DNA from: an uncultured Patescibacteria group bacterium
GTDB lineage: Bacteria; Patescibacteriota; Microgenomatia; UBA10105; UBA927
NCBI GenBank assembly: GCA_937921305.1
Contig: CAKZSU010000005.1
Coordinates: forward strand, 74,740 to 138,739
Length of the DNA: 64,000 bases
Direction: 5' to 3'
Below the pieces are notes generated by a model. That model ran no database searches. It was not told the DNA's origin and worked only from the letters and a program-made list of their open reading frames with translations. A program made the translations under genes and the position numbers. Below, one piece after another: positions 42,715 through 51,842 of the stretch. The first letter of the stretch is position 1. Every line of letters starts with the position of its first letter.

Positions 42715-44193
42715 ATGAGAACGGTTCGCGTTGTATTCTGGGTAATCATGGGGTGTTCCCTTGTCGCGCTTCTTTTGACGGTTATTCGCAGCGGATATTG
42801 GTATCAACTTGATAATGACGAGTACTACCATAGTCAGCTTGTGTATCTTATGAATCATGGACAACAGATCTATTCGTCGTTTTATACCTTTTATTCTCCT
42901 CTCTTTTATTGGCTTCTCCAGCCAGTATTTCATATTGTTGGGTACACAATAGAGATATTGTATGTAAGTCGAATTGTAATGATTGTGCTGTTTCTTCTTC
43001 GATTATTTATTCTATTTCTATTGATTGGGTCTGTGTTTTCTTGGAAATCCGCGTTATTTGCGTCGTTTTTCCTTCTTCTTGATCCATTTACCGTTATGAC
43101 GGGTATGCAGATTCGTCCTGATTCATTGATGCTTTTATTATTCACTGTTGCGTTGTTTCTGTATGCGCGTGCGAGAAAGCGAGAGCAAGCGTGGTTTTAT
43201 TTTGCTTCGGGCGTGTTTCTTGCGTTATCGTTGTTTTCCTTGATAAAAATCATTCCAAGCGTTGTTGTGTTTCTTCTTGTTGTTTTCATTTCTGCGGTAA
43301 TGAGAAAGAGACTTACGCGGGAAGGGATGTTGTTTTTAGGATTTGCTCTTACGCTTTCGCTTCTATGTGCGATCACGATGGCGCTTGGGATATTTCCTCA
43401 GATGATTCAACAGACGATTATCGATCCGTTGACGGTGTTTACCCTATTTCTTTACCCTGTTCCGTATGGGTTTTTTCTTCGAGAAGGAAACATGTGGATC
43501 TATGGTCCGGAGAGTCGATCATTGTCATGGGTGTTTGCGCAGTTGTTTCTGCCGTTGGCTGGTATTGGGATGTACGGGGCGTTTGAACTGGTGAAAAAGC
43601 GTGAGACATCCGTTTTTGCTCGAGACATCCTTCTTATTCTGCTTGGATCAATGATTGGGCAGTGGCTTTGGTTGATTACTGTCCCATCGATTTTTCTTCA
43701 GTATTATCTTCCAATTCATTGGATTGTCGCGTCGCTGGGAGGTATCGCTGTGGCTTCTCTTTTTGAGGGAAGATCTTCTCAACGATCGTCAATCATATGG
43801 CATAGTGTTGCGTGTGGGATTGTTCTTTTATTTGTGTATGGGGGTATACAGACAAATGTGTTTCGAAGCGGTATTCGATCTACAGACGCGTTTCATCGGA
43901 TTCGTTCTATGTGGATCACCGTGCCAAAAAATGAAGCTGTGTTTCCAAGTATATTATTTCGTCCGATTGTATATCCTCCAACGCCGTATTACACAATCTA
44001 TCCAGGAGAGCTTTCTTCTGAAGTGTTGGGTAGATACCCGTCTGTTCGCCAAGTGTTGGAAGAGAAAAATGTTCGATATGTCTATAATCACACAACTGTT
44101 CTTTCAAGTTTGTCGCAAGAAGATCAAGCATATATTCGGTTATGGTATGTTCCAAGTAAGATTGATGACGAGATATTTATCAGAAAGCGTTAA
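42715..44193 (+). CDS. GT-C fold glycosyltransferase, GT39/ArnT-like (PMT_2) membrane protein
   Basis: About 12 TM segments. First-loop acidic motif YQLDNDEYYHSQ resembles the DE motif of the ArnT/PMT family. Confidence 0.55.
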   Translation: MRTVRVVFWVIMGCSLVALLLTVIRSGYWYQLDNDEYYHSQLVYLMNHGQQIYSSFYTFYSPLFYWLLQPVFHIVGYTIEILYVSRIVMIVLFLLRLFILFLLIGSVFSWKSALFASFFLLLDPFTVMTGMQIRPDSLMLLLFTVALFLYARARKREQAWFYFASGVFLALSLFSLIKIIPSVVVFLLVVFISAVMRKRLTREGMLFLGFALTLSLLCAITMALGIFPQMIQQTIIDPLTVFTLFLYPVPYGFFLREGNMWIYGPESRSLSWVFAQLFLPLAGIGMYGAFELVKKRETSVFARDILLILLGSMIGQWLWLITVPSIFLQYYLPIHWIVASLGGIAVASLFEGRSSQRSSIIWHSVACGIVLLFVYGGIQTNVFRSGIRSTDAFHRIRSMWITVPKNEAVFPSILFRPIVYPPTPYYTIYPGELSSEVLGRYPSVRQVLEEKNVRYVYNHTTVLSSLSQEDQAYIRLWYVPSKIDDEIFIRKR

Positions 44194-44693
44194 GTTTTGA
44201 AGATATACACATGAGCATCTTTGTTTTCCGCGACAATAGGCCAATTCGGAAACACAAAACTGTTGGAAACAATCGTTGTTCCTGGTTTTGTTTCCTTTTT
44301 GAGTTTTCTTCCAAGCGCTTCCATCTTCCATGGAAGAAGATAGACAAAAATAATATCTGCGTCGGAAAGATTTGTCCGCCAGAAATCGCTCCATCGCGCG
44401 TGAACGCGCGTATTTTTTGAGAGAATTGCTCGAAGATTTGTGTATAGGACCAATAAAGGATTTATTTCAATGCCAATAATCTTCTTTCCTCCCTTTTTGC
44501 TTGCTAAAAAGAGTAATTTCCCGTTTCCGGATCCAAGATCGTAAATAACGCTGTCGTTTTTTATATTCGCGAGATCAATCATCTGTTTTGCGGTGTCATT
44601 TTTTGATGGAACAAACGGCGCTCCGGTGATAAAGGCGATAAGCAAGAAAAAGATGAATATGCCAAAGACGATATGAATGAACAAAGGAATCAT
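44190..44693 (-). CDS. membrane-anchored class I SAM-dependent methyltransferase
   Basis: N-terminal TM helix. Motif I-like VIYDLGSGNGKL and downstream GIEINP. Confidence 0.65.
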   Translation of the reverse strand: MIPLFIHIVFGIFIFFLLIAFITGAPFVPSKNDTAKQMIDLANIKNDSVIYDLGSGNGKLLFLASKKGGKKIIGIEINPLLVLYTNLRAILSKNTRVHARWSDFWRTNLSDADIIFVYLLPWKMEALGRKLKKETKPGTTIVSNSFVFPNWPIVAENKDAHVYIFKT

Positions 44694-44738
44694 GAGGATG
44701 ATTATAGTCGTGAATGATTTTGATATACAAGATATGTC

Positions 44739-44768
44739 TTGACGATTTGTCTATTTTTTCGATATCGT
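44739..44768 (+). promoter_or_regulatory. candidate promoter for the repeat-protein gene (TTGACG-N18-TATCGT)
   Basis: TTGACG 44739-44744; TATCGT ~44763-44768. Confidence 0.3.
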
Positions 44769-44901
44769 AATATCTACGTTGTTAAGAAGTAACAACAAAA
44801 GAATCCAATGCTGCCCAATATTTTATACACTATCTGAATCTTTACCCAATTCAATAGTGTATTTTTTGTGGCAAAAATATTTGCGAAGGGAGGTGAATTA
44901 C

Positions 44902-45528
44902 ATGATCTATCACACAGCAACATCGATGATGGTCGTTACATCTGTCGCCTTGACATTGGCGATTGTTCCTCGCGTCCTTGCGTCGTCTCATCCAGAGGTG
45001 ACGGTAAGCGGAAACGGCGCTGGTTCAACGCAGCATGTAACCGTCGATGTATCATCGAATGAATCTGTTCATCAGTCAAATAATACGATGGTAATGACAA
45101 TCCAAACAGCGCATTCATCCACTGGCGGAAATAGCATTGCGGGATCTACCGGCAACGGTGGAAACAGCGTCATGACTGGTAATGCGATGTCTGAAAATAC
45201 CGTTTCTGTCAAAACCGGAGAAAATGTCGTGATGACAGGTTCATGTGGATGTCAGCCTGCTAGTATGTCTGCAAATGTGTCGGGCAACGGTGCAAATTCC
45301 AAAACAACGGTCAAGATGTCAAGAGCATCTACGCGAACTGCGACACAGCGAATGCGAACGCAGGTCTACAATGACCAGCAAGCGAAAGCAAAGACAGGAA
45401 ATAACCAAGTGAAAAATGCGACTGGATCTGGCATGAACACGGTTGAAACAGGGTCCGCGATGACCACCAACCATGTGTCTGTCGAATCTGGAAGCAATGT
45501 CCTTGGCGACCACATGATGGGAAATTAA
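44902..45528 (+). CDS. secreted Asn/Thr/Gly-rich repeat protein (paralog family A, short)
   Basis: GGAGG RBS 7 nt upstream. Signal-like N-terminus. Repeats of SGNGA/TGNA..V..TG with a SCGC Cys pair. Confidence 0.6.
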   Translation: MIYHTATSMMVVTSVALTLAIVPRVLASSHPEVTVSGNGAGSTQHVTVDVSSNESVHQSNNTMVMTIQTAHSSTGGNSIAGSTGNGGNSVMTGNAMSENTVSVKTGENVVMTGSCGCQPASMSANVSGNGANSKTTVKMSRASTRTATQRMRTQVYNDQQAKAKTGNNQVKNATGSGMNTVETGSAMTTNHVSVESGSNVLGDHMMGN

Positions 45529-45546
45529 TAACTGTTTCCCTTTCCG

Positions 45547-45580
45547 CCTCTCCTCACATCGGTGAGGGGAGGTTTTTTAT
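45547..45580. terminator. rho-independent terminator (bidirectional hairpin between convergent genes)
   Basis: CCTCTCCTCAC-atcg-GTGAGGGGAGG followed by TTTTTT; the sortase stop overlaps the T-run. Confidence 0.8.
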
Positions 45581-46149
45581 TGGTTTGGTTTCGCAATGAC
45601 CACAAGCCGTTTGCTATCCAAAAAACCTGAGCAGGTAAATAGCGTAAGACGATTGTCTTGCGTTTTATTGACGACATACACATCTGTAGGGAACACTTCT
45701 CGAATTTCTTCAACTTTGTAGCGATGCCAGTGATGACGGGTAAGGACATAAATATCTCTTCCAATCGCGATGTGCTTGAGTGGAAGAAACAGTCCTTCTC
45801 GTGCGTGTGCGAAGATAACAGTATTTCCGACTGTTCCGGGCGGCGCAGAGCCTAGCCCAAACGACGCCGTATATTCCGACACTTCCCAATAGCCATTGTG
45901 CAATTTTGATGAAACAACAGGAATGTCAATGTTTAGGCTCGGAATAATGATACGTATTGGTTGCTTGTCATCTTCTGATGGCATGGTGAATGTGGTGTCA
46001 GCCCGGATGGGAGCTTCATTCATGGAAACATTGATAAAGAGATTTGTTATATGCGGGGCGCTAATAAGCAATATGCCAAGCAATAGGAATAATATGCCGA
46101 TTTTTTTTGATCGAGAGAGCGAGATGAGTATTTTTTTTATTCGTAGCAT
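45577..46149 (-). CDS. sortase-family transpeptidase (class E-like), membrane-anchored
   Basis: N-terminal TM (ILFLLLGILLISAP), His motif VIFAHAR, active-site TLFTCSG, conserved Arg downstream. A longer ORF extends to 46290. Confidence 0.75.
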   Translation of the reverse strand: MLRIKKILISLSRSKKIGILFLLLGILLISAPHITNLFINVSMNEAPIRADTTFTMPSEDDKQPIRIIIPSLNIDIPVVSSKLHNGYWEVSEYTASFGLGSAPPGTVGNTVIFAHAREGLFLPLKHIAIGRDIYVLTRHHWHRYKVEEIREVFPTDVYVVNKTQDNRLTLFTCSGFLDSKRLVVIAKPNQ

Positions 46150-46247
46150 AATGAGAGGAAGCTTTGTTAATCCGTCAAAAAAGAGTAAGAGCCCTGAAGC
46201 GGAAGGCGGTTTCGTGTGCGGAACAGATAGAAAGGTAATGGGACGAC

Positions 46248-46847
46248 TTATTCTTTTTTGCCGAGTAGCGCGCTTCCGATGAAGAGGCATAGGAATCCGC
46301 CAATCGAGGAAAAAAGAGAAAAGGAATTTACGCTACTTGTTGCGGCAAGTCCTTTCACTTCCCCTCCTCCAATTCCTCCATGTTGGGTGCTTCCGTTTGA
46401 CCCGTGAGATGATTGCGATTCATGTGGTTGAGATTGTTGGGATGAAGATGTTGGCAATGGGGTCGATGCTGGTTGAGGCGTGGTTTTTGGCGTTCCTGTG
46501 GGCGAGAGAAGAAGTGTTGGTTTTGGTTTTCTTGTCGATCCGATTACATTGGTATTTCCTTGATTAGTGATATTAATGTTGACATTCGCGTTTCCTGTTT
46601 GAATTGTTGTATTGCCGTTGGTATTTCCTGACGCGCTGTTGTTTCCTGTGTCGGCATTCGCGGTAATGGTGTTATTGATCTGAAGTGTGTTATTTTGTTG
46701 GATGCTTCGCGTTGGTTGATGTTCAATCGATACGGTATTTGATGAATTCGCGCTATTCTGTTGAATTTCTACTGTTGCAGCATATCCGGTAGTTATCGCA
46801 AGAAGAGTGATGATAAGAAGAGATAGTATTCGGTGTATAAGATTCAT
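46248..46847 (-). CDS. surface repeat protein (paralog family A) with sortase-type sorting signal
   Basis: Signal peptide; one Asn/Thr repeat unit; Pro/Thr/Ser linker. C-terminal LAATS motif, then a hydrophobic segment and a GKKE tail. Confidence 0.6.
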   Translation of the reverse strand: MNLIHRILSLLIITLLAITTGYAATVEIQQNSANSSNTVSIEHQPTRSIQQNNTLQINNTITANADTGNNSASGNTNGNTTIQTGNANVNINITNQGNTNVIGSTRKPKPTLLLSPTGTPKTTPQPASTPLPTSSSQQSQPHESQSSHGSNGSTQHGGIGGGEVKGLAATSSVNSFSLFSSIGGFLCLFIGSALLGKKE

Positions 46848-46887
46848 ATATGCCGTAAGGCAGGTAAAAAGAAGTAGAGTAGGCAGA

Positions 46888-49134
46888 TTATGCTTGATTT
46901 TTTTGTGTCATCTTTTTAAGAATGAATAGAATTATACCAATTGGTATGAGAAAAATCAACCACGCGAGGTTGATTCGCACGACGCGTTTTCCCGCTACGA
47001 TTGGCGTTATCGTTGCTTCCGGTGCGTCGATCGTTGAAAATCCATTGATTTCGGCGTTTTCTTCTTCCATAATTATGGTGTTTGAATGTAGCGCTTCTCC
47101 ATTCGTTGTGCTTCTCGATGCTCGTTGAACGGTAGATCGACGCGTTAAGCGAATGATTCCATCAGGCAATTTTTCTTGCGATGATGTAGTTGTGACAGAT
47201 GCGATTGTGGTAGTATTTGTATTGTTTGAACTTTGCGATGAAGAATCAACTGTGATTGAGACAGTTGCGTTTGTTCCTCCGAGAGCGAGAGATTGCTCTT
47301 GCGTCTGATTCTCGGTAATCGTTTGAGTTTGTTTCTTGTGCCCTGGAGCGATAAAGTCTCCAATCCAGCTTCCGAATACATTGACAACCGTGACAAAGAG
47401 TCTTCCTGTCCCCGTAATATTGTTGTTCACAAAATTTACCATGTTGGCGATAATGTTCGCGTCTCCGGTAACGATGGATGAATTTCCTCCGGTGTTGTTG
47501 TTTGCTTGGTTTGTTCCTGTATTAGCTGAAAGATTCAGTGTATTTTTAACAACTGCAGTGTTTGTCTGTGTTGTTGTTTGATTTGATTCATTATCTATTG
47601 TTGTGGTGTTTATTGAATTTGCGCTGTTTCCTGTCGTTGCGATAATGTTGCCGTGTTCGTCAGTGGCGACAAGAAATCCTTCGGATCCAGCGATGTTCGA
47701 TCCATTTCCTCCAATAATTCTTCCTATCCATTTTCCGGCTTCATTTATGATAACGAGCCAAAAGTTTCCATCAGTGATGTTGCTGTTTGCAATATTTACA
47801 ACATTCGCGTCGATGTTTGCGTTTCCTGTGATTACTCTATTATCTCCACTTGTGTTTCCTGTGGTTTCATTGTTTCCAGTTTGGGCATTGAGAATTAATG
47901 TATTTTCTATGATGGCGTCGTTTGATTGGATTGTCGTATCGGTTGTCGATGTGTTGATAGCTGTTGTATTGGTTGAGTTCGCTCCATTATTTGCGGTGCT
48001 GATCGCAAGAGGTTGTTCTTCGCAACACGGTGCCATCATGAGATATTCTTCTGGAAAAATGATATCTCCTACGAGATTTCCATAAATATTGACAACGCCG
48101 TATAGCACATTTCCTTGAATGTTATTGTTTGCAAATGTCAGTAGGTTCGCCGATACATTTGCGTTTCCTGTATAAATGACACTTTCTCCACCTGTGTTTT
48201 CGCTTGACATGTTGTTTCCAGAATTTGCCGAAAGGGTTAGTGTGTTTCCAATAGTCGCGTCATTATTTTGGAATGTCGTGTCGTTTGAACTGTTTGTTAT
48301 GGTTGTGATGTTTGTCGAGTCTACGCCGTTTCCGTGTGTTTGACCTATTGTTCCACCTTGATTACATCCAGAGACGCATGAAGGAGCGAATTGAAGAACA
48401 ATATCTCCTCGATGATCATCGGCAACGGTAAATTCAGAGACCATCACGCCGTCGACATTGGTGTTCATAGAAGTTATAACCGTGCCTGACACATTGGCGT
48501 TTCCTGTTTTAATGAAGCTATTACTGACATTTCCTGATGCGCTGTTATTTCCTGTCGTTGTTGATTGATTGAGGTCGGTATTAACTGCTGCTGTATTATC
48601 TTGGATCATTGCTGATGATGGTTGATTATTTATTAATGTCGTGTTTTTTGAGTCTGCGTCGTTTCCTGTGGTTGCGATAGATCCTGAATAATGTTCATTG
48701 CTTTGTGTTCCAGCGTATTGATTCGAATTTCCTGTTGTTATGACGATCGATTCACCTGTCGCATCTCCGGTGATAATTCTTGTCTCTCCATTTTGCTGAG
48801 ATGGTTGTGTATTTGTTGGTTGAGATTGATTGTTTTGTTGCGTTGATTGCGTTGAAGAATCTTGCGACGGTGTTGGTTCTGGTGACGATGAGCGATCTTG
48901 TCTGCGTTCTCTGGGTGTCGGCGTTGGTTCTGGTGTTGGAGAGGCATCTGATAGGGTTGGCGTTGATGGGGCGTTTGGCGCTGTTGGCGACGATGGCGAT
49001 TGCGGAGGTGTTGGAGGTTCTGGGGAAGCTGGAGCAGTCGGTGCCGATGGGGGTGTTGGAAATTCTTGCGCTCCTACTGGAAGTTGTCCAAGAAATAATG
49101 CGATGACAAGAATACTTGTAATGATTTTTTTCAT
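46888..49134 (-). CDS. large cell-surface protein: Pro-rich N-terminal linker, four ~95-100 aa Asn/Thr/Gly repeats, C-terminal TM anchor
   Basis: Signal peptide MKKIITSILVIALFLGQLPVGAQE. PTPPSAPTAPASPEPPTPP linker. Repeats TxNxTxxxQxNxAxVxNTLxLxAxTGxNxAxxNTGGxSxIxTGxANxxAN with Cys pairs (SCVSGC, PCCEEQ). C-terminal LAWLIFLIPIGIILFILKK. Confidence 0.65.
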   Translation of the reverse strand: MKKIITSILVIALFLGQLPVGAQEFPTPPSAPTAPASPEPPTPPQSPSSPTAPNAPSTPTLSDASPTPEPTPTPRERRQDRSSSPEPTPSQDSSTQSTQQNNQSQPTNTQPSQQNGETRIITGDATGESIVITTGNSNQYAGTQSNEHYSGSIATTGNDADSKNTTLINNQPSSAMIQDNTAAVNTDLNQSTTTGNNSASGNVSNSFIKTGNANVSGTVITSMNTNVDGVMVSEFTVADDHRGDIVLQFAPSCVSGCNQGGTIGQTHGNGVDSTNITTITNSSNDTTFQNNDATIGNTLTLSANSGNNMSSENTGGESVIYTGNANVSANLLTFANNNIQGNVLYGVVNIYGNLVGDIIFPEEYLMMAPCCEEQPLAISTANNGANSTNTTAINTSTTDTTIQSNDAIIENTLILNAQTGNNETTGNTSGDNRVITGNANIDANVVNIANSNITDGNFWLVIINEAGKWIGRIIGGNGSNIAGSEGFLVATDEHGNIIATTGNSANSINTTTIDNESNQTTTQTNTAVVKNTLNLSANTGTNQANNNTGGNSSIVTGDANIIANMVNFVNNNITGTGRLFVTVVNVFGSWIGDFIAPGHKKQTQTITENQTQEQSLALGGTNATVSITVDSSSQSSNNTNTTTIASVTTTSSQEKLPDGIIRLTRRSTVQRASRSTTNGEALHSNTIIMEEENAEINGFSTIDAPEATITPIVAGKRVVRINLAWLIFLIPIGIILFILKKMTQKNQA

Positions 49135-49253
49135 ATGTGTATTAGGTTTTTCAAATACATAAAATAAATGGTATGCGTATATGCCATTTCTTGTATGTAT
49201 TTGATTTTCATTCGTCAAAAATGTTTTGGTATTTTATTAATTAATCGATCAGT

Positions 49254-49301
49254 TGTGTAGGGTGCTTTGTGGAAGTGACGACACAAAGCAAACCCTACAC
49301 A
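49254..49301. other. long (~18 bp stem) imperfect hairpin just downstream of the 49314-50531 gene
   Basis: TGTGTAGGGTGCTTTGTG-gaagtgacga-CACAAAGCAAACCCTACACA; no T-tract. Confidence 0.4.
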
Positions 49302-49313
49302 GAGATCATTTGA

Positions 49314-50531
49314 TTATCTGGCAAACAGGTGAGCAAAGCTCCAGTGCCATTCAATCATTGGCCATGTCCAATTGCTTCCGCCGAAAACATTTAAGTTTCC
49401 AGTGTTAGACACTTCTGTGTGTGACCATGCGTAGCCTGTCATAACAGATGGATCATCTCCAGCTGCGACTGTGTTATACATGGCGTCATTCTCTCCGCTT
49501 TTTGCGTCAGAGTCAGCCAAGTTTGTTAATACGGCTACATTTCCTGCTTCATCTCCTTGGAAGACTTCCATGTCGCCTCCGAGCGTTACTCTGATACGAT
49601 TGTCAGAGTCTGTCCCGTTTTCCGCAACTTTTGCTTCCACATCCATGAGACAACCGCAGTCGATGTCTGCTGCATTGAAGTTGACCATATTGTCGATGCC
49701 AACCATGGTTTTTGCATTCCCTGTGTGAATTTGTACTTCACCACCGGTATTGTCATTGGCTCTATTTGCTCCTGTTCTTGCGTTGGACGCGACAGCGTTC
49801 AGGACATCAGCCATGTTGTCTTGAACGATGGTTGCATCTCGGCCAATTTCTAATCGGATTTCGTTATTGCTTCGAGAACCATTTCCCATAATTCTCGCCG
49901 ATACGGATCCGCGTTGGTGACCTTCTCCTCCGACAACCGCGACATTCGCGTTTGCTGTTGTAGAGATTGTTACATTTGTCGAAGCATCACCGGTTCTGAC
50001 TGTTACGTCACCGCCGGTATTGCGTCTGGCATCGTTTTCCCCTGTTCTCGCTTCGGATTCAACAGTGTTCGTCACAACTGCTTCATTATTCTGGAATACT
50101 TGGGTTTCGCTTCCTCGTTTTCCATTGCCGACTTCTACTCTGTTATCAGAGCTTGAGCCGTTTCCGGAGATTCGAACGTCGAGGTCTTCCGCTTCACAAC
50201 AGTCGACTTTCGCCATATTGTTATTGAGCTTGTTTTCGATTGTTGTGTTGCTTCTCGCGTCACCGGTTTTAATCATGACGTCCCCGCCCGTATTATCGTT
50301 GGCTCGATTTCCTCCAGTTGAGGAATTGTTGGATACCGCGTTGGTAACAATTGCAGAATTGGACTGGACGACGGTTGTTCTGTTGGACTGTTCCACTCTG
50401 ATCACATTGTCAGAGCTTGAACCGTTTCCGGTAATGGTAAGTTCAGCGGCAACCGCCATTGGCGAAAGTCCGCTCAGAGCCGTTGATCCCGCGGCAAGGA
50501 CAGCGATGATTTGTCGTTTTAATTGTGTCAT
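49314..50531 (-). CDS. secreted repeat protein (paralog family A), ~4 tandem ~90-aa repeats each with a Cys pair
   Basis: Signal peptide MTQLKRQIIAVLAAGSTALSGL. Repeats ITGNGSSSDN..V..NN.A.V.N.V...A.TG.N.A..NTGG.V.I.TG.A with DCCEAED / DCGCLMD. Confidence 0.6.
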   Translation of the reverse strand: MTQLKRQIIAVLAAGSTALSGLSPMAVAAELTITGNGSSSDNVIRVEQSNRTTVVQSNSAIVTNAVSNNSSTGGNRANDNTGGDVMIKTGDARSNTTIENKLNNNMAKVDCCEAEDLDVRISGNGSSSDNRVEVGNGKRGSETQVFQNNEAVVTNTVESEARTGENDARRNTGGDVTVRTGDASTNVTISTTANANVAVVGGEGHQRGSVSARIMGNGSRSNNEIRLEIGRDATIVQDNMADVLNAVASNARTGANRANDNTGGEVQIHTGNAKTMVGIDNMVNFNAADIDCGCLMDVEAKVAENGTDSDNRIRVTLGGDMEVFQGDEAGNVAVLTNLADSDAKSGENDAMYNTVAAGDDPSVMTGYAWSHTEVSNTGNLNVFGGSNWTWPMIEWHWSFAHLFAR

Positions 50532-50630
50532 GATTTCACCTCCTTTCGTTTTTGGATTTCCGCCTATTATAGCGGATATGCCACTTCGATCCGTTTTCTT
50601 GTACCTTCTGCCCATAGATTTGGTATGTAC

Positions 50631-50698
50631 AAAAAAACGGAGGCTTCTATATTTGAATACAAACGATATTTATCGTAATTCAAATGCAGAAGCCTCCG
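50631..50698 (-). terminator. rho-independent terminator for the DUF2292 gene (minus strand)
   Basis: CGGAGGCTTCTATATTTGAAT...ATTCAAATGCAGAAGCCTCCG long hairpin, followed on the minus strand by TTTTTTT. Confidence 0.65.
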
Positions 50699-50791
50699 TG
50701 TACGGTCAGCTTACTTTTAGTATAGTTTTATATAGTTTGTTTTGTACAGATCAACATTAACTCAATTTTATGCTGTTGTCAACAGGGAATT

Positions 50792-51004
50792 TTACCCGTT
50801 TCTAACGACTCCATTCTTCTTTCGTTTTTTCGATGATTCCTGCATATTTTGAAGTGTTTTTTTTATATTTCTCACCGTGATTTGCGTTACAATGTTGTCT
50901 TGAACATAAATCTCTACGCTTCCGTATGGGCTTACTCGTTTGAGCGCGTTTGCGATTTCAGCTAGTAGGGCTTCAGAGATCGTCTGAGTTGAATATTGAT
51001 CCAT
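50792..51004 (-). CDS. DUF2292 (YezD-like) small protein
   Basis: 70 aa; LAEIANALKRVSPYGSVEIYVQDNIVTQITVRNIKK matches the YezD pattern (L..I...L....YGSV.I.I.D..V.QIE). Confidence 0.6.
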   Translation of the reverse strand: MDQYSTQTISEALLAEIANALKRVSPYGSVEIYVQDNIVTQITVRNIKKTLQNMQESSKKRKKNGVVRNG

Positions 51005-51015
51005 ATGCGAGGTTC

Positions 51016-51615
51016 TTAAAATATTACTTCTATGGATTCTTTTTCTCCACTTATTTCTCCAACTTTTAGCACAATATTCATGTCTGTATCATTGATTGGA
51101 AATCCAAGTCGGGTTATTTTTGTTGATATTGGTTGAATGTTGACGGGATCGTTGTGAATGTCCGCAGCAAGGAGTTCCTGCTCGTTTCCATTTAATGTTA
51201 AGCGAACATAATCTCGAGCTCGAAGGTCGATTGCTTTGTCGTAGTCATTGATCAGTTTGATGGTGAAAATAAGGAATGTCCTTCCGCTCACTGCGGTTGC
51301 TTTTGATCCTTGGACGATGATCTCGTCTCGAAGTTCCGCGTTTTCAATAATATATTTGATTTTTGTTACTTCTTTTCCTTTTTCATTCCGAATTGGAAAC
51401 GAAAATTCCTTGTTAATCGCTACAGACGCTTTTGGTCCTTTAATTGTTGTTCGTGTGTCTTGCGGAGTCTGAGATTTTGATGACGCGGAGATCATACGTC
51501 CGGAAATGATCACAATCCCGCCAATGAATAAAAGAAGCAACCCGATAGGGATAAATTGTTTTACTCCCTTTTTTCTTTTTTGTGAAGATGTTATTTGCTC
51601 GTGACTTTCTTTCAT
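51016..51615 (-). CDS. membrane-anchored hypothetical protein, possibly DUF4352-like
   Basis: TM helix FIPIGLLLLFIGGIVII followed by a beta-rich extracellular domain. An upstream in-frame ATG at 51744 overlaps a terminator hairpin, so the internal start is preferred. Confidence 0.45.
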   Translation of the reverse strand: MKESHEQITSSQKRKKGVKQFIPIGLLLLFIGGIVIISGRMISASSKSQTPQDTRTTIKGPKASVAINKEFSFPIRNEKGKEVTKIKYIIENAELRDEIIVQGSKATAVSGRTFLIFTIKLINDYDKAIDLRARDYVRLTLNGNEQELLAADIHNDPVNIQPISTKITRLGFPINDTDMNIVLKVGEISGEKESIEVIF

Positions 51616-51744
51616 TGTTGCCAATCTTTTTGTTAGGAAATATCTGATAGAGGGAATGAACGATGATACATCTCTTGCGATGTATTGAGGATGTTGTATT
51701 GTGTTTGTAGCGATTTTTGAGGTTTTAGATAGTCTTTTACTCAT

Positions 51745-51773
51745 AAAAAAAAGCCCTCACATGATGTGAGGCA
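51745..51773 (-). terminator. rho-independent terminator (minus strand) after the 51843-52427 gene
   Basis: GCCCTCAC-atgat-GTGAGGGC, followed on the minus strand by an 8-T run. Confidence 0.75.
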
Positions 51774-51842
51774 GTCAATGAAAGAATGGTGCAATACTAT
51801 CATTTTAAAAAATATTCTGTCAAGAATAAAAAATGAAAATTT

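Noticed and set aside
47293-49162. Plus-strand ORFs (47336-47581, 47603-48085, 48780-49106, 48830-49162) inside the large surface-repeat gene
   Set aside because: They are antisense to the repeat-rich gene. The repetitive DNA gives long open antisense frames by chance. The translations are hydrophobic junk (VVFIEFALFPVVAIML...).
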